A stretch of 64,000 bases of DNA from Ignavibacteriaceae bacterium. GTDB lineage: Bacteria > Bacteroidota > Ignavibacteria > Ignavibacteriales > Ignavibacteriaceae. The translations under genes and the position numbers were made by a program. The notes under the pieces were generated by a model that saw only the letters and a list, made by a program, of their open reading frames with translations, ran no database searches and had not been told where the DNA came from. The stretch spans positions 3,976-67,975 of the forward strand of contig DAOLIQ010000003.1 of the NCBI GenBank assembly GCA_035328465.1, in the 5' to 3' direction. Numbering within the stretch: the first letter of the stretch is position 1; each line of letters opens with the position of its first letter. Below are positions 60,901 to 64,000 of this stretch, in pieces.

Positions 60901-61851
60901 TCAAGCCCGAACAGGGTTATTAAATTCGAACAAAGATGGATAACGCATTTTCATTCCTTTTAATCCTTGCAAGCCGCCAGTGTGTATTACAGCAATAACA
61001 GAGTTTGTTTCGAAAAAATTTTTCCTGATCAAGTCGGCAATTCCAAACAACATTTTACCAGTATAAATCGGTTCAAGTTCAATTTTGTTCAACTTCTCAA
61101 ATTCGAAAATGAATTTAATAAGCGAACTACTAACCTTGGCATAACCTTCAAAATGATATTCTGTTTGAAGTTTCCAATTACTAAAATATTGCCCGCTGAA
61201 GTTATAAACAAGTTCAGAAATGTCTTTAAGAAGAAACTGACCGCCTTTGAGCACAGGAAAGCCAATTATTTTTTTAGAATTATTACACCCGCAAATTAGT
61301 CCGGCAAGAGTTCCGCCTGTTCCGCATGGCGCACAGAGATAATCGAAATGAATATCAATTGATTTTACAATTTCCGAACAGCCTTTCACAGCAAGTGCGT
61401 TTGAGCCGCCTTCAGGAATCAGATAAAAATTACCAAACGATTTTTTTAATGCATCATTAATTTCATCAGTATCTTTTTTTCGATAAGATTTTCTGTCAAG
61501 ATAATGAATCATCATTCCATTATCAGAAGCAGATTGCAGAGTTGAATTTAGCGGGAAATGTTCTTCGCCTCGAATAATTCCGATAGTTTTAAACCCAAAT
61601 AATTTTCCTGCAACTGCAAGTGCATGAATATGATTTGAATAAGCCCCCCCAAAAGAAAGTAAAGTTTCGTAACCATTTTCCTTTGCGAAGAGCAAATTGT
61701 ATTTCAGCTTGTACCACTTGTTGCCGGAAATTTCAGGGTGGGTTAAATCTAATCGCTTTAGTAAAACAGTTACATTTTCGTTTTTGACTCCGGGTAGAAT
61801 AATTTTTTGCAAGGGAGTATCCGGGTTAGTCAAAAGTATATCCATCAACAT
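60901..61851 (-). CDS. 1-aminocyclopropane-1-carboxylate deaminase / D-cysteine desulfhydrase family PLP enzyme
   Basis: 316 aa with a PLP-lysine region (SGNKWYKLKYNL) and a glycine-rich loop (GTGGTLAG). Confidence 0.8.
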   Translation of the reverse strand: MLMDILLTNPDTPLQKIILPGVKNENVTVLLKRLDLTHPEISGNKWYKLKYNLLFAKENGYETLLSFGGAYSNHIHALAVAGKLFGFKTIGIIRGEEHFPLNSTLQSASDNGMMIHYLDRKSYRKKDTDEINDALKKSFGNFYLIPEGGSNALAVKGCSEIVKSIDIHFDYLCAPCGTGGTLAGLICGCNNSKKIIGFPVLKGGQFLLKDISELVYNFSGQYFSNWKLQTEYHFEGYAKVSSSLIKFIFEFEKLNKIELEPIYTGKMLFGIADLIRKNFFETNSVIAVIHTGGLQGLKGMKMRYPSLFEFNNPVRA

Positions 61852-61883
61852 TAATAAATCAATTGAATGCTATGAAAGAAATA

Positions 61884-62336
61884 TCAATCAATGAGTTTAA
61901 AACGCAGTCTCATCACTCCATTTTCAAATGAAGTGGAAATTATTTTGAATTTACCAATTTCTCCTGTTGAGGCTACGTGTTTTCCACTGCAGGGACAGGA
62001 ATCGTAATCACCAATTTTTATAATGCGGATTACTTCGCCGGCTGTTTCGGGCAGTCTTTCAAGATTAAAAAAAGATTTAACACTTTCTCTGCGTACAAAC
62101 TCTTCGGTTACCAAAGCATTGGAGCTGATTACTGAATTGACACGCGATTCTATCTCAAGAATTTCATCAGCAGTTAAATTTCTGTTAAAGTGATAATCAC
62201 ATTTCGATTTTTTCTTTTCAATATGATTACTGAAAGAACGTTCGCACTTAAACATTCTAACCATAGTCTGATTTAGAATGTGCTCGGCTGAATGCATTCT
62301 CGGATCATAATCCTTATTAGAAATTATTTCATCCAT
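61884..62336 (-). CDS. AlaX-type alanyl-tRNA editing domain protein (tRNA_SAD)
   Basis: 150 aa with HSAEHIL (HxxxH) and CPCSGKH (CxxxH) zinc motifs. Confidence 0.8.
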   Translation of the reverse strand: MDEIISNKDYDPRMHSAEHILNQTMVRMFKCERSFSNHIEKKKSKCDYHFNRNLTADEILEIESRVNSVISSNALVTEEFVRRESVKSFFNLERLPETAGEVIRIIKIGDYDSCPCSGKHVASTGEIGKFKIISTSFENGVMRLRFKLID

Positions 62337-62348
62337 AAAAAAGATTTT

Positions 62349-62705
62349 CTATAATTTTTCAAGTTTTACTTTGTCTGCTTTTTTTAATTTGCTTACAACC
62401 AAATCATAAGAGTGCTTAATTAGCTCTTCGATAAACTCACGGTTTAATGAACCATCAAGCACGATTGTATTCCAGTGCGTCTTATTCATATGATAACCAG
62501 GTTGAATACAATCATACTGCTCGCGAAGTTCAACGGCTTTTTCCGGGTCACATTTTAAATTTATTTGCAATGGTATAGTCTCAAGCGAAGCGAGTATAAA
62601 TATTTTTCCAATCACTTTAAAAGTCAAAGTCTCTTCATCGAATGGATAATCTTCCACTACTCCTTTTAATTTTAAACAAAAGTTACGGATTAACTCAATG
62701 TCCAT
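62349..62705 (-). CDS. MmcQ/YjbR family DNA-binding protein
   Basis: 118 aa with ...DYPFDEETLTFKV.GKIF...PGYHMNKTHWNTI..., typical of the YjbR family. Confidence 0.85.
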   Translation of the reverse strand: MDIELIRNFCLKLKGVVEDYPFDEETLTFKVIGKIFILASLETIPLQINLKCDPEKAVELREQYDCIQPGYHMNKTHWNTIVLDGSLNREFIEELIKHSYDLVVSKLKKADKVKLEKL

Positions 62706-62729
62706 TTTTTATAAGAAACGATTATTTAA

Positions 62730-63494
62730 TTATTCTTCAGCATTCAGTTTTTCAAGCATCTGTTTTGAATTATTGTTTTCAGGGTCAAGCTCAAGTGCCT
62801 TTTCATAATACTCAATTGCCATATCCTTATCGCCTGCAGCAGAATAAGCTTCGGCAAGGCTGTCATAAGCGTTTGATGACTCAGGATATGCTTCAGCATT
62901 TAGTTTGAAAATAGTAATTGCCTCATTCGGCATTCCTGATTTAAGCAGTTCATATCCCAGAGTGTTTAATTCGCTTTCATCAAAATTATATTCGTTAGAA
63001 AAATTTTCTTTCAGATAGTAATATTTTTTTACAGCGTTGTCAATTCCGTTTTCAAATAAAGTAATAAGCAAAGTATCACCAAGAGCAAGTTTTGGCTCTG
63101 AAACGCTTAAAAGTTCAACATCAAAGATCAAAGTTGCTTTTGGAGGAATTAATCCGCGTCCGGTTTCACCATAACCAAGTTGATATGGAATTATCAATGT
63201 GTATTTGTCGCCGACATTCATCAGTGCAATACCTTCATCCCAGCCTTTGATTACTCTGCCGGTACCAAGTATAAATTTAATCGGCTCGCCTCTTCCAATT
63301 GACGAATCAAAAATATTTCCGTCTAAAAATTTTCCTGTGTAGTGAACAGCAACTTCTTTCCCAACTTCGGCAGGAATACCATCACCCTTTTGATGAATAA
63401 CGTATTTTAATCCACTGGTAGTTGATAGTGTATCCTGTGCGCTGTTTGCTTGATTAAAAAACAGAACTAATAAAAACGAGATTACTAATTTCAT
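62730..63494 (-). CDS. Exported FKBP-type peptidyl-prolyl isomerase with a C-terminal TPR region
   Basis: Signal peptide; FKBP core (V.VHYTGKFLDGNIFDSS...PIKF.LG.G.VIKGWDEG, LIFDVELL); TPR-like C-terminus (AYDSLAEAYSAAGDKDMAIEYYEKALELDPEN). Confidence 0.9.
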   Translation of the reverse strand: MKLVISFLLVLFFNQANSAQDTLSTTSGLKYVIHQKGDGIPAEVGKEVAVHYTGKFLDGNIFDSSIGRGEPIKFILGTGRVIKGWDEGIALMNVGDKYTLIIPYQLGYGETGRGLIPPKATLIFDVELLSVSEPKLALGDTLLITLFENGIDNAVKKYYYLKENFSNEYNFDESELNTLGYELLKSGMPNEAITIFKLNAEAYPESSNAYDSLAEAYSAAGDKDMAIEYYEKALELDPENNNSKQMLEKLNAEE

Positions 63495-63578
63495 TAAATA
63501 CCATCCTTAGTTTATTTATTTTCGTTTTAAAGATAAATCATTTTTATAAATTTTAATATTCATAAGTTATACTCAAAA

Positions 63579-64000
63579 GTGACCGAATTAAAAATATTCA
63601 TATTAACAGGTGAATGGGCAGATACACGCGGACAAAATGTGCTTCGTTTTGTTGGTAAATCTCCAGAGGAAAAATTACCCATCGAAATTGTAATTACAAA
63701 CAACAAGCCTGTATTCTTTGTGGAAAGATCAAGTGAGCTGCCTTTTACAAATTTATCGTTTAATAGAAAACAGTTGGGTTTCAAAACATTTTCCGGACAA
63801 TTGGTTGACGCACTTTATTTTAACTCTCAAAATGAACTAAAGCAATTTTCAGAAAAGTGTGACGAGCAAAATATTTTAACCTATGAATCCGATGTTGATC
63901 CTGTAAAAAGATATTTAATGGAAAAACTTGTCAACGCTCAAATTAAAGTCAGCGGAGAGCCGCAAGTCAAAGATGATGTTATTAAGTTTATCAATCCCAA
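63579..64000 (+). CDS. polB: B-family DNA polymerase II, N-terminal fragment (3'-truncated by the window edge; not in the ORF track)
   Basis: GTG at 63579, preceded by an in-frame TAA at 63564. Open to nt 64000. Translation VTELKIFILTGEWADTRGQNVLRF...ILTYESDVDPVKRYLMEKL resembles the E. coli Pol II N-terminus as I recall it (GFILTRHWRDT..., VYEADVRPPERYLMERF). Confidence 0.75.
   Translation, partial: MTELKIFILTGEWADTRGQNVLRFVGKSPEEKLPIEIVITNNKPVFFVERSSELPFTNLSFNRKQLGFKTFSGQLVDALYFNSQNELKQFSEKCDEQNILTYESDVDPVKRYLMEKLVNAQIKVSGEPQVKDDVIKFINP

Noticed and set aside
63560-63784. 74-aa minus-strand ORF at the right edge
   Set aside because: The opposite strand encodes a clear Pol II N-terminus in an open frame running to the window end, so this ORF is its shadow.

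Overview
AT-rich, gene-dense chromosomal window with about 55 protein genes. It looks like an Ignavibacteria-like or other FCB-group bacterium; this is inferred from a T9SS-type C-terminal sorting domain, two-component propeller/Y_Y_Y sensors and many genes without a Shine-Dalgarno. Most of it is core housekeeping.

Layout:
- Left edge: a 5'-truncated ECF sigma region 4 fused in frame to a transmembrane anti-sigma-like module.
- nt 1235-7606, minus strand: pyruvate dehydrogenase operon aceE-[GxxExxY]-aceF-lpdA.
- nt 9931-18851, plus strand: classical block rimP-nusA-infB-rbfA-truB-ribF-rpsO-pnp.
- nt 19142-46699, plus strand: rng, gcvT, comB, ftsK, a LolA-like protein, uppP, cyclophilin, an NSS transporter with an unlisted MetS-like small subunit, holA, an ECF sigma/anti-sigma pair, L31, rsmB, a RodZ-like protein, ligA, a STAS protein, an ABC exporter, a GH13 amylase, a DUF885-like lipoprotein and an AI-2E transporter.
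- nt 46700-63494, all minus strand: a DUF4922 GalT-like enzyme, a small orphan gene, then a ~12.5 kb signalling island (four histidine kinases, two LuxR-type response regulators, one MFS transporter), then small housekeeping genes.
- Right edge: a 3'-truncated B-family DNA polymerase II gene on the plus strand, missing from the ORF track.

I recognised no rRNA, tRNA, CRISPR array, transposase, integrase, phage gene or known defence gene.

The most unusual item is a 448-nt cassette in the aceE-aceF spacer. A PD-(D/E)XK-type GxxExxY gene is bracketed exactly from start codon to stop codon by two 38-nt inverted arrays of four CACNGAG units spaced about one helical turn apart. Other items worth a second look are the fused sigma/anti-sigma ORF, a long interrupted hairpin upstream of the DUF4922 gene, a terminator hairpin abutting the rimP start codon, and a degenerate receiver domain on one kinase. 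I did not see a convincing multi-gene novel system. All functional calls rest on motif recognition from memory, not on searches.
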